Assembly: GCA_963798085.1 (NCBI GenBank)
Contig: CAWCRS010000007.1
Span: 1,824,001-1,888,000, forward strand
Direction: 5' to 3'
Length of the DNA: 64,000 bases
From: an uncultured Gemmatimonadales bacterium
Lineage (GTDB): Bacteria > Gemmatimonadota > Gemmatimonadetes > Longimicrobiales > RSA9
Part shown: piece after piece, positions 55,617 to 64,000 of the stretch
Position numbering within the stretch: position 1 is the stretch's first letter
Layout of the letters: each line of letters starts with the position of its first letter
Program-made: the position numbers and the translations under genes
Notes under the pieces: generated by a model
What the model was told of the DNA's origin: nothing
Databases searched by the model: none
Seen by the model: the letters and a program-made list of their open reading frames with translations, nothing else

Positions 55617-57405
55617 TCAGCGTGCCGCCTCCACGGCCCGCGCCGCAGCCTCCCCCAATGCCTGCACGCGTGCCACGGCCGCCTGGATCGCCGCCTGGGT
55701 CGCGCTCAATGCACCGCCCACCTCCACCTCGGCAGCGGCCTGCAATGCCCCCGTGTAGTAGTGCGTCCATGCCTCGACGATGTGCGTCTGCTCGGCGGGC
55801 GCCCGCCCGCCCGCCACGGCGGCCACACTGAGTCGCTGTTCCGCAGCCAGGCGCATGCCTGCCGCGCGCTCCGTTTCCGCCACCACCGCGCGCGCCATCG
55901 CGCCATCCGCCGTGACCAGCGCCAGGGCCGTCGTCAACGCGCAGACGCCCACGTTCTGCAGTGTGCGCGCCGACACCATGTCGAGGCGGTCGCCATCCGT
56001 ATGATAGAATTGATCGGTGAAATGCCAGAAGAGCAGCCCCGGTTTCCCCGCATCGAGAAACGGCGTGTGGTCGCTGCCACCCTCGAATGGATTCGTGCGT
56101 ACCACCCAGCCCCGCCCCGCGGCTGCGGCCTCGCAGCGTTCGCGCGCAAAGTCGTTGAAGTAGTGCGGCACAATGCGGCTTTCGGCCAGCGGCTGGCCAC
56201 CCCATTCGGTGTGGTGGTCGTCACCGCGCGTCCACACCGCCGACGGATCCGGCATCTTCTCGATCAGAAACGTACCGCCCGTCTTCTCCGTGTCTTCGCC
56301 AACCATATCCAGACTCAGACCCCAGCGAATGCCCCGCGCCCGCTCTGCATCGTCCTGGATGTAGCGCCGCGTGGACACGACCTCGTCGCCCCAGAGGAAC
56401 GTGATCGTGCGCCGCGGCGCGACCGCGCCTTCGCGCACCAGCGCCGCCGTCACTCTCGCCACCTCGCCCAGCAGCCCGACACCCGAGGCGTTGTCGTTGG
56501 CGCCGGGTTCCTGCACGTGCGCGCTGAAGACGAACCGCTCCGCGGGCGCTTCGGTCCCGCGCACTTCGGCTACCAGGGTCTGCTCCTCGGACCCGTATAA
56601 CCGCGTGTTGAGGGCGACGTGAACACGCACCGGCCCCGCCGCGAGCGCCTCGCTGCAACGCACGATGCGCCGCGAAGGACAGCAGCACGCCCCACGCGTG
56701 ATGAACGCTGTCGTACGGAATGCGGCTGAACTGGATCGAGTGCGTGTTCACCTCCGGCCTGGTGTACGCCGGCAGTGCGTAGGCCAGCACGCCGAGCGCG
56801 CCACGCTTCTGCACGGCTTCGCGAAACAGTGCACCCACGCTCGCGTCACCCAGAACGATCCTGCCCGCGACTTGCGCCTGCTCGAAGTCCTGCGCTCGAC
56901 CCGCGCCCACGTCCACCAGATCCGCATCGATACCGCCCTCCGGCGTGGACCAGGCGTAGATCGGGATCATGTTGCGATTGCTGGTGAAGCGCAGCAGTGG
57001 CTCGCTCTGTCCGACAATGCGCAGCTCGCCATCCACTGGTTCCCAGGTCGGCAGCGCCAGCGGCCTGCGCTCGATGCGATAGGTGAGACGCGCCGCCGCG
57101 AAGGCCGCATCGTCCCGCACGAATCCGGCGCTGTCCAGGATCGCAGCGACGCGCGCAATGCTGGCATTGAAGCCGTGGTTGCCGGCCAGCCGGAAATACT
57201 GCTCGACGAATGCCACCGTGCCGCGTGCCCGCTCACCCGAGAGGTGTTGCGCAGCCAGATTCTGCAGCCTGGCCAGGGGCGCGGGCTGCGCCGTACTGCC
57301 CGGCGAGGCTGTCGCCACCCGTGCGGAGCGCGCGCAGCCTGCTGACAGCAGTGTCAGCAGCAGCAGTCTCTGCAGCGCCGGCAGACCGGCCTTTCGCGCG
57401 CTCAT
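55617..57405 (-). CDS. M28-family metallopeptidase, lipoprotein (frameshift near 56660)
   Basis: Lipobox SAGC; PA-like domain; SAHVQEPGANDNASG, WGDE, LDMVG, GGSDH and YHTDGD. Confidence 0.87.
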
Positions 57406-58118
57406 GCGTTCGTCGCCTTCCCTGCCACGTCGCTCGCCCACTGCACGAATACGTCGGCCAGCTCGTCCATTACACCGTCATCCGTCAGGCCCGACCGCTT
57501 CAGCACGTGGAAGGAATGGTCGGCGGTATCAATGATGTGCAGGCGGGCGCGCGGCCCCAGCTCGGACACGACGGGCCTGAGTCGCTCGAGATCGGCCAGC
57601 TGATCGCGCGTGCCCTGCAGGAACAGCAGCGGCACTGTCACCTCGCGCAGATGCTGCGCCCGCTCCGTGCCCGCGCGATTCGGCGGGTGCAGCGGGAACC
57701 CGAAGAACACGATACCCTGTACACCCGGCAGCGGGCTCGCCGCCGCGGCCAGCGACGTCATGCGCCCGCCCATCGACTTGCCACCCGCCAGCAGCGGCAT
57801 GCCGGGCGCCAGCGCCGCGGCGCAGGACGCCGCGGCACGGACCGTCGCCAGCAGTACCGGCTGCGCGTCCGGCCGTTGGCTGCCGCTCTCCATGTAGGGG
57901 AATTGATAACGCAATGTTGCGGTCTGCCTTGCCGCCAGTCGCTCGGACATGCGCTCCATGAACGGGTGGCGCATGCCGGCACCCGCGCCGTGCCCGAACA
58001 CCAGCATGCGCCGGGCATCCGCGGGTTGCAGCAGCAGCGCTGACACCTCGGATCCGCCCGACGCGACCGGAAAGCGCAGCTCGCGCCGCACCAATGCGCT
58101 GCCCGCGGGCTCGCTCAT
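57402..58118 (-). CDS. Alpha/beta hydrolase family protein
   Basis: GHGAGAG, GGKSMGGR nucleophile elbow, QGTRD and ADHSF. Confidence 0.9.
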   Translation of the reverse strand: MSEPAGSALVRRELRFPVASGGSEVSALLLQPADARRMLVFGHGAGAGMRHPFMERMSERLAARQTATLRYQFPYMESGSQRPDAQPVLLATVRAAASCAAALAPGMPLLAGGKSMGGRMTSLAAAASPLPGVQGIVFFGFPLHPPNRAGTERAQHLREVTVPLLFLQGTRDQLADLERLRPVVSELGPRARLHIIDTADHSFHVLKRSGLTDDGVMDELADVFVQWASDVAGKATNA

Positions 58119-60205
58119 CGCTCGAATACCACGCGCCCGTCCTTCACCACCAGTGCAATGTTGCGCATGGCGTGCACATCCTGCAGCGGATCGCCGTCCA
58201 CCAGCACCATGTCGCCCCGCCGGCCCGGCGCGATGGTACCGAACTCCGCACTCTTGCCCAGCCACTCCGCGCCGCTGACGGTTGCGCTGCGCAGCACCGC
58301 GTCCGCCGGCACGCCGGCCTTCGCGTACGACTCCATCTCGTCGAAAAGGCTGCCATCGTCCGTGCCGGCGAGCAGCCGCACTCCCGCCCGCTGCGCCCTG
58401 GCAACGAAGCGGCTCATGCGTTCGTAGCTCTGCTGCCCGTTCGCGAACTGCTCCAGGCTGAAACTCGAGCGCGCCTGGTCCCCGATCGCCTGGATCGACA
58501 GCGTCGGATCGAAGCCAATGCTGCTCTTCACCATCTGATCGATGATCGCTCCCGCCGCCGGCCCATCCGGATCGATCTCGTGCCAGTCCGCCTGCATGCG
58601 CGCCACCGGATCACGCCCGGAATCGAGACTCTCGTTGCTGCCATCCGGCTGCTCCGCCGGCGGCAAGACATTGCGCCACACGCGAATGTGATTCAGGCCA
58701 TTGATCCCGGCAGCAATCGCCTGGCTCCACGATGTGCGCACGCCAAGGTGGCCCGTGACCGGCAATCCCTGTCGCTTCGCTTCCACGATCACCGCGCGCA
58801 GTACGTCCGGCTCGAGCATGAAATACACCTTCAGCAGATCCACACCCTGCGCCTTCAGTGAGCGCACCAGCCCCGCGGCCGCGGCCGGGTCGTCCAGCGC
58901 CACATCGACGCGCGGATGGTAGCCGCCCGGCCCATCGATCAGCGGACCGGCCGTGTAGATGGTGGGACCGGGCAGCAGCCCGAGCGCGATGGCATCCTTG
59001 AAGCTCAAACCGCGTGTCAGGTCCACACCCGGATCGCGGATCGTCGTGATGCCGCGCGCCAGCAGCGCCGCACCGTCGAACGCGGACCAGTAGTGGTAGT
59101 GATTGTCCATGAGGCCGGGCACCAGCGTGCGCCCGTGCGCGTCGATCACGGGCACGCCCGCGGGCGCCGCGCTCGCGCCTTCGCTCACCCCGGCAATGCG
59201 GCCGGCGCGCACCAGCACACTCGCGCGCTCCCGCACCGGCGCTCCCGTGCCATCCCAGACGCGCGCGTTGGTGATCAGCAGATCGCCCGCGGCCGGCATC
59301 GCGGTCTCGAACGTCGCGCGGAACGGGATCGGCTGTGCCGCGCCACTCGCGAAATCCAGCCGGTAGAGCTTGCGGCCCGCGCTCATGATGGCGCTGCGGC
59401 CGTCCGGCAGCACCGCCAGCTGCTTCTCGTCATAGGGACTGCGGTACACCTCGCGCGCCACACCACCCGCCACGGGCTGCAGCATCACGCGCTCTTCCCC
59501 GTTGTGCCGCTCAATGTAGAGACGGCTGGTGCCATCGGGCGTCAGCGCCACGCCGTACTCATGCACAAGCGGCGTGTTAGTGAGGCGCGTCGCCACCACA
59601 CTGTCCAGGCGGACACTGTACAGGTCGGAGCCGCCGTAGCGCCCGGACTCCAGAAACATCTCGCTGCCATCAGGCGACAGCGCGAACGACCATTCGTGCC
59701 AGTTCGACGTCGACGTCACCGCCTTCGCCGCGCCGTCCCGCACCGGCACGCGCCACACGTGCGCGTCGTACTGCGAGCGATCCAGCACGAAGAACAGCTC
59801 GCCACCCTTCGGATGAAACGCGATCGGGCCAATGCCGGCCTCCGTGTGGTACACGAAGCGCGCGCCACCCGTCGCCAGACTCAGCACCACCAGATCCGTG
59901 CCGGCCGCCAGCTGGTGCGCGTAGGCAATGAAGCGCCCATCCGGTGACCACGCCGGGTGCGTGTCCCAGCCCAGTCCCGTGGTGAGCGACGACGCCTCGC
60001 CACCATTCACGGGTACCAGCCACAGCTTTCCCAGGATGCTCACCGCCACCTGCTGCCCATCCGGCGACACCGCCGGATCGACCGCGTCCTTGTCTACCAC
60101 AACCTTCCGCACCACTCCACCCACCTGCGCACGCGCCGGCAGCGCGAGCATGGCGGTCATCCCCGCCGCGCCAACCAGCAGCACAGCCTGTCGCGTCATT
60201 CCCAT
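58115..60205 (-). CDS. Secreted amidohydrolase with N-terminal PD40/TolB-like beta-propeller
   Basis: Signal peptide; SPDG repeats; PGLMDNHYH (HxH), LLKVY, AGTD and GTIAPGRRGD. Confidence 0.88.
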   Translation of the reverse strand: MGMTRQAVLLVGAAGMTAMLALPARAQVGGVVRKVVVDKDAVDPAVSPDGQQVAVSILGKLWLVPVNGGEASSLTTGLGWDTHPAWSPDGRFIAYAHQLAAGTDLVVLSLATGGARFVYHTEAGIGPIAFHPKGGELFFVLDRSQYDAHVWRVPVRDGAAKAVTSTSNWHEWSFALSPDGSEMFLESGRYGGSDLYSVRLDSVVATRLTNTPLVHEYGVALTPDGTSRLYIERHNGEERVMLQPVAGGVAREVYRSPYDEKQLAVLPDGRSAIMSAGRKLYRLDFASGAAQPIPFRATFETAMPAAGDLLITNARVWDGTGAPVRERASVLVRAGRIAGVSEGASAAPAGVPVIDAHGRTLVPGLMDNHYHYWSAFDGAALLARGITTIRDPGVDLTRGLSFKDAIALGLLPGPTIYTAGPLIDGPGGYHPRVDVALDDPAAAAGLVRSLKAQGVDLLKVYFMLEPDVLRAVIVEAKRQGLPVTGHLGVRTSWSQAIAAGINGLNHIRVWRNVLPPAEQPDGSNESLDSGRDPVARMQADWHEIDPDGPAAGAIIDQMVKSSIGFDPTLSIQAIGDQARSSFSLEQFANGQQSYERMSRFVARAQRAGVRLLAGTDDGSLFDEMESYAKAGVPADAVLRSATVSGAEWLGKSAEFGTIAPGRRGDMVLVDGDPLQDVHAMRNIALVVKDGRVVFER

Positions 60206-60405
60206 CGTCAGTCTCTCCCACGTGCTCACGGCGACCGACCCGTCGCCAACGAAACCCGGCGCCCAAGATCCCGCAGTCGCGTCCACCGAGCAAGCACACA
60301 CGCCCCGTGGCCGCGGGCAGGGGCAACGACGGCGATCTCTTGAGACGCCGAAGTGCGCTCAGGCATCAAGGTCAGGCTTCATTCCCGGGCCACTCCCCTG
60401 CCCGG

Positions 60406-60435
60406 CCCCAGCCCCAAGCCCCAGCCCGAGAAACG
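60406..60435. repeat. Isolated hexamer-tract module of the composite element
   Basis: ccccagccccaagccccagcccgagaaacg; shares the cccgagaaacg end with 44156-44197; just downstream of the dnaE2 stop. Confidence 0.6.
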
Positions 60436-60447
60436 CATTCGTAGTTC

Positions 60448-63400
60448 TCAGTGAAAATCCCTCGACCGGTAGCGCACCGGCTCGCGCGTGCCCGAGTCCA
60501 TCCGCAACTGGCGGAAACGCGAGCCAATGATGTTCATCACGCGGTCTTCACGCTCGAATTTCCCTTCCACCACGAGGAACGGCGAGAACTTCACGGTCTC
60601 GCGATACTTCGCGTACGTGTCGCGCGGCACGATCACGTTGATGTAGCCCCATTCATCCTCCAGCAGCACGAACACCGTGCCCTTCGCGGTTTCCGGATGC
60701 TGTCGTGCCACCACCAGGCCCGCGACCACGATACGCTCGCCCCCGTACACCGCCTCCAGGTCGCGCGAAGGCACCACACCCGCCGCATCCAGCCGTGCGC
60801 GAATGAACTCCAGCGGATGCCCGTGCGTGCTGATGCCTGTCGCCAGGTAGTCGAGGAACACCAGCTCCGCGCCTTCCAGCTCCTGCGGCGCGAACGGCAG
60901 CATCCTCGCCGGCGCCAGCGGCAGCAGGTCGCCCGCCGCACGCAACGCTTCCCACGCCGCCCGCCGCCGCCCCGGCTGGAACGCCTCGAATGCACCCGCC
61001 CTCGCCAGATGCAGCGCATCCGCCCGCGTCAGCCTCGCCCGCCGCACCACATCCGCAATCGACACGAACGCACCCTCCCCCCGCGCATTCTGCAACGTCT
61101 CCTTCGCCACCTCCCCCAGCCCCTGAATGTGCTTCCAGCCTATTCGCAATGCCGGTATTTCTGAAGGCGTTGCTGGGGCTGGTTGCCCTGAGGACGGCAA
61201 CAGCGTTGCTGGCGCTGGTTGCTGGGGCTCGTTGCTGGGGAACGTCGGTACGGATTGGACGGCGTTTCCCGGGCTCGGGCTCGGGCTGGGGTTCGCGGTT
61301 CCGGACGCAACGGACATTCCCCTAACATGCTGTTCAGGAAAAGCAACATCGCCGCCGCTGCCGCCGTTGCCGTGGCTGTTTTCGTTGCCGTTCCCCAGCA
61401 ACGAGCCCGAGCAACCAGCCCCAGCAACGCTGTTCCCCAGCCCCAGCCCGAGCCCGTCGTCGCAGACGACCTGGCACTCCCAATCGCCATCCCGCAGACA
61501 CGGCCCCAGCACGACGACGCCGTGCCGTCGGGCATCGTGCACCAGTGTCGCCGGTGGATAGAAGCCCATGGGCCAGGCGTTCAGCAGGCCCAGGTAGAAT
61601 TCCGCGGGATGGTTCGCCTTGAGCCACGCGGTGGCGTAGGCGATGAGCGCGAAGCTCCAGGCGTGCGATTCGGGAAACCCGTAGTTCGCGAAGGAAAGCA
61701 GGTCGCGCACGACTTCGTCCGCGACTTCCACCGCCACACCCCGCGCCACACAACGATCGCGCAGCCGCGTGAGCGCGCCGCGCAGGCGCTCCACCTTGCG
61801 CTGATGACCCATGGCGCGCCGCAGTTCATCCGCTTCGCTGGCGCTGAACCCGCCCAGTGCCATGGAGATCGCCATGGCCTGTTCCTGGAAAATCGGCACA
61901 CCGTACGTGCGCCGCAGAATCGGCTCCAGCAGCGGGTGCGCGTAACGCACTTGTTCGCGGCCTCGCCGGCGCTCCGTGTACGGGTGCACGAACTTCGCCT
62001 GGATCGGTCCCGGCCGGATCAGCGCTACCTGCACCACGATGTCGTAGAGCCGCTCCGGCTTCGTCGCCAGAATCGACTGGATCTGTGCCCGGCTCTCGAT
62101 CTGGAACGTGCCCACCGTGTCGCCCCGCACGATCATCGCGTAGGTGCGCGCGTCGTCCACCGGCAGCTTGTAGAGCGCCAGCTTCTCACCCGTGCGCTGC
62201 GCAATCGCATCGAACGCCAGATGGATCGCCGACAGCCCGCCCAGTCCCAGGAAATCGAACTTGGGCACACCCGCCGCATCCAGGTCGTCCTTGTCGAACT
62301 GGATGATGGTGCGACCCATGGTGGTGTGCTCGATGGGCAGCCATTGCCCCAGCGGCTGGCTGGACAGCACGAACCCGCCCGGGTGCGTCGAGCGCAGCCG
62401 CGGCACGTCGTCCAGCACCCGCATCGCCGCCACCAGCGCCCGCCCGCGCGCATCCTCCAGCTCCAGCCCGAACTCCTTCGCCAGCCCATCCTGCAGCAGC
62501 AGCACGCCCTCCGATGGCTCCAGCCCGTGCATGCGCTTCGAGAACTGGAACGCGTACTCCGCCGGATAGCCCAGCGCCCGCATCACATCCTGCAGCGCGG
62601 TGGGCGCGTGGAACGCCTGCGTCACCGCCGTGATGGCCGCGTGCTGCCGGCGGTAGTGGTCGTACATGTAATCCAGTACTTCTTCGCGCCGGTGCATCTC
62701 GAAGTCGACATCGATATCCGGCGCTTCCGTACGACCGTCCGTGCGCACTTCGGAGAGAAACCGCTCGAACAGCAGCCCGTGTCGCACCGGATCCACGGCC
62801 GTGATCCCCAGGCAGTATGCTACTGCGCTGTTAGCCGCGCTGCCCCGGCCCTGACAGAGGATTTCGCGCGAGCGCGCGTAGCGCACGGCATCCCACATCA
62901 CCAGGAAGAAACCCGCGAAACCCAGCCGCCGGATGACGCCCAGCTCGTGTTCCAGCTGCGCCCGCTGCCGCTCGTCCACTTCACCCCAGCGATCGCGCGC
63001 ACCGCCGAACGCCAGCTCGCGCAGCCAGCTGTCGTCCGTGTGTCCCGCCGGCACCTCGAACGTCGGCAGCGGCGGGCGCAGCCAGCGCAGATCGAAGGCA
63101 AGACAGTCATCGACAATGTCGGCCGTCGCGGACAGTCCCGCTTCGCGACCCCGCCACAGCAGCGCCATCTCGGCCGGCGACTTGAGCCGCCACTCCCCGT
63201 TCGGCAGCAGCAGACCCCACGATGCCGCCGTGTTCACGCACACACCGGCGCGATTCGCCGTCAGCAGGTCGTGCGCCAGCCGGCCCGCACTGTCCAGGTA
63301 GCGCGCATCATTCGCCACCACCCACCGCACCCGGCCCCGCTCCGCCAGCTCGATCAGCGCCTGCGCCAGCGCCGACTCCGCTCCCCCCGCATGATGCAGC

Positions 63401-63966
63401 TGCACCTCGATCGCCAGCCGCGACCCGAACACCTCGCGCCAGCGATCCAGCAGGAACACCGCTTCCGACGACCGCCCCGTCCGCACGTGCGTCGCGAATT
63501 CTCCCGACGCCGGCCCCGTCAGACACCACAGCCCCTCACTGCGCAGCGCCACATCCTCGAACGACAGCGCCGGCTGCCCCCGCTCCGGCAGCGGGACCGC
63601 GTACTTGCGATACAACGGACCACGCGAATGGGAAGGCGTGGCCGGGACAACGTTGTCGCCCCACCTTCCGACTTCGCCCACCCGTGACTTCGTCACCAGC
63701 GCCGCCAGGTTCCGGTAACCCACCGCGTCGCGCGCCAGCAGCGCCACCGGGTAACCCTCCACCTCCAGCTCCGCGCCCACCACCGGCTTGATCCCCGCCA
63801 CCTCCGCCGCCAGCGTGAACCGGATCACACCCCCCACGTCTGCATGATCCGTCAGCCCCAGCGCCCCGTAACCCAGCGCTGCTGCCCGCCTCACCAGCAC
63901 TTCCGGCGACAGCACGCCATCGCCGAAGGAAAACGCCGTGTGCGCCCGCAATTCAATGAAGGACAA
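60448..63966 (-). CDS. dnaE2: Error-prone DNA polymerase DnaE2 (ImuC) with a 100-aa in-frame insertion
   Basis: PHP domain, GRGSAANS, PDIDVDF, KFDFLGL, FQIESRAQ, YGFPESHA and C-terminal SRDFH typical of DnaE2; probable TTG start at 63966 after GGGGAG. Confidence 0.95.
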   Translation of the reverse strand: MSFIELRAHTAFSFGDGVLSPEVLVRRAAALGYGALGLTDHADVGGVIRFTLAAEVAGIKPVVGAELEVEGYPVALLARDAVGYRNLAALVTKSRVGEVGRWGDNVVPATPSHSRGPLYRKYAVPLPERGQPALSFEDVALRSEGLWCLTGPASGEFATHVRTGRSSEAVFLLDRWREVFGSRLAIEVQLHHAGGAESALAQALIELAERGRVRWVVANDARYLDSAGRLAHDLLTANRAGVCVNTAASWGLLLPNGEWRLKSPAEMALLWRGREAGLSATADIVDDCLAFDLRWLRPPLPTFEVPAGHTDDSWLRELAFGGARDRWGEVDERQRAQLEHELGVIRRLGFAGFFLVMWDAVRYARSREILCQGRGSAANSAVAYCLGITAVDPVRHGLLFERFLSEVRTDGRTEAPDIDVDFEMHRREEVLDYMYDHYRRQHAAITAVTQAFHAPTALQDVMRALGYPAEYAFQFSKRMHGLEPSEGVLLLQDGLAKEFGLELEDARGRALVAAMRVLDDVPRLRSTHPGGFVLSSQPLGQWLPIEHTTMGRTIIQFDKDDLDAAGVPKFDFLGLGGLSAIHLAFDAIAQRTGEKLALYKLPVDDARTYAMIVRGDTVGTFQIESRAQIQSILATKPERLYDIVVQVALIRPGPIQAKFVHPYTERRRGREQVRYAHPLLEPILRRTYGVPIFQEQAMAISMALGGFSASEADELRRAMGHQRKVERLRGALTRLRDRCVARGVAVEVADEVVRDLLSFANYGFPESHAWSFALIAYATAWLKANHPAEFYLGLLNAWPMGFYPPATLVHDARRHGVVVLGPCLRDGDWECQVVCDDGLGLGLGNSVAGAGCSGSLLGNGNENSHGNGGSGGDVAFPEQHVRGMSVASGTANPSPSPSPGNAVQSVPTFPSNEPQQPAPATLLPSSGQPAPATPSEIPALRIGWKHIQGLGEVAKETLQNARGEGAFVSIADVVRRARLTRADALHLARAGAFEAFQPGRRRAAWEALRAAGDLLPLAPARMLPFAPQELEGAELVFLDYLATGISTHGHPLEFIRARLDAAGVVPSRDLEAVYGGERIVVAGLVVARQHPETAKGTVFVLLEDEWGYINVIVPRDTYAKYRETVKFSPFLVVEGKFEREDRVMNIIGSRFRQLRMDSGTREPVRYRSRDFH
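61156..61455. repeat. Composite palindromic element, copy 3, in frame inside dnaE2
   Basis: Arms 61199-61244 and 61389-61434 are a 46-bp inverted repeat with 2 mismatches; partial arm at 61166-61186; hexamer tracts at ~61268-61290 and 61435-61455 in opposite orientations. Confidence 0.9.
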
Positions 63967-64000
63967 GTCGACTCCCCCAGACCCACCCCGAAGCCCCACC

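Noticed and set aside
61156..61455. DnaE2 insertion as an intein or group I/II intron
   Set aside because: No Cys/Ser start with a His-Asn end and no Hint motifs. It is low-complexity and explained by DNA inverted repeats, with no intron-like ends recognised.

Overview
GC-rich bacterial chromosomal segment with about 49 protein-coding genes, mostly on the minus strand. I recognised no rRNA, tRNA, CRISPR array, transposase or prophage gene. The gene content suggests a diderm of the FCB group, most like Gemmatimonadota (inference, not verified). In order it holds: tyrS; an amino-sugar/peptidoglycan-recycling locus (BadF-type kinase, sodium:solute symporter, NagB fused to a PIG-L domain, GH3 fused to a serine hydrolase, NamZ-like and class-A-like lipoproteins); a co-oriented run of about 29 kb (yebC-ruvC-ruvA-hyp-ruvB-hyp-queA-tgt-yajC-def-fmt-thiE-thiS-thiG-rsmB-PASTA-tlpA-cdaR-tsaD-tamA-tamB-htpX-lipid kinase-efp-uvrA-YbjN/CesT-pspA-AI-2E); then an accessory region of secreted hydrolases, repeat proteins and DNA-damage genes (radical SAM, ycaQ, dnaE2). 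About 12 genes, including def, uvrA and ruvB, are split by single-base indels that are probably sequencing errors. The most notable signal is an unannotated dispersed composite palindromic repeat with a 46-bp arm built from three 13-bp subunits. It occurs at three loci: once intergenic, once apparently translated as an N-terminal extension of Tgt, and once as a 100-codon in-frame insertion in DnaE2. Two unrelated enzymes thereby carry the same FxxNxPxQPxPAT peptide.
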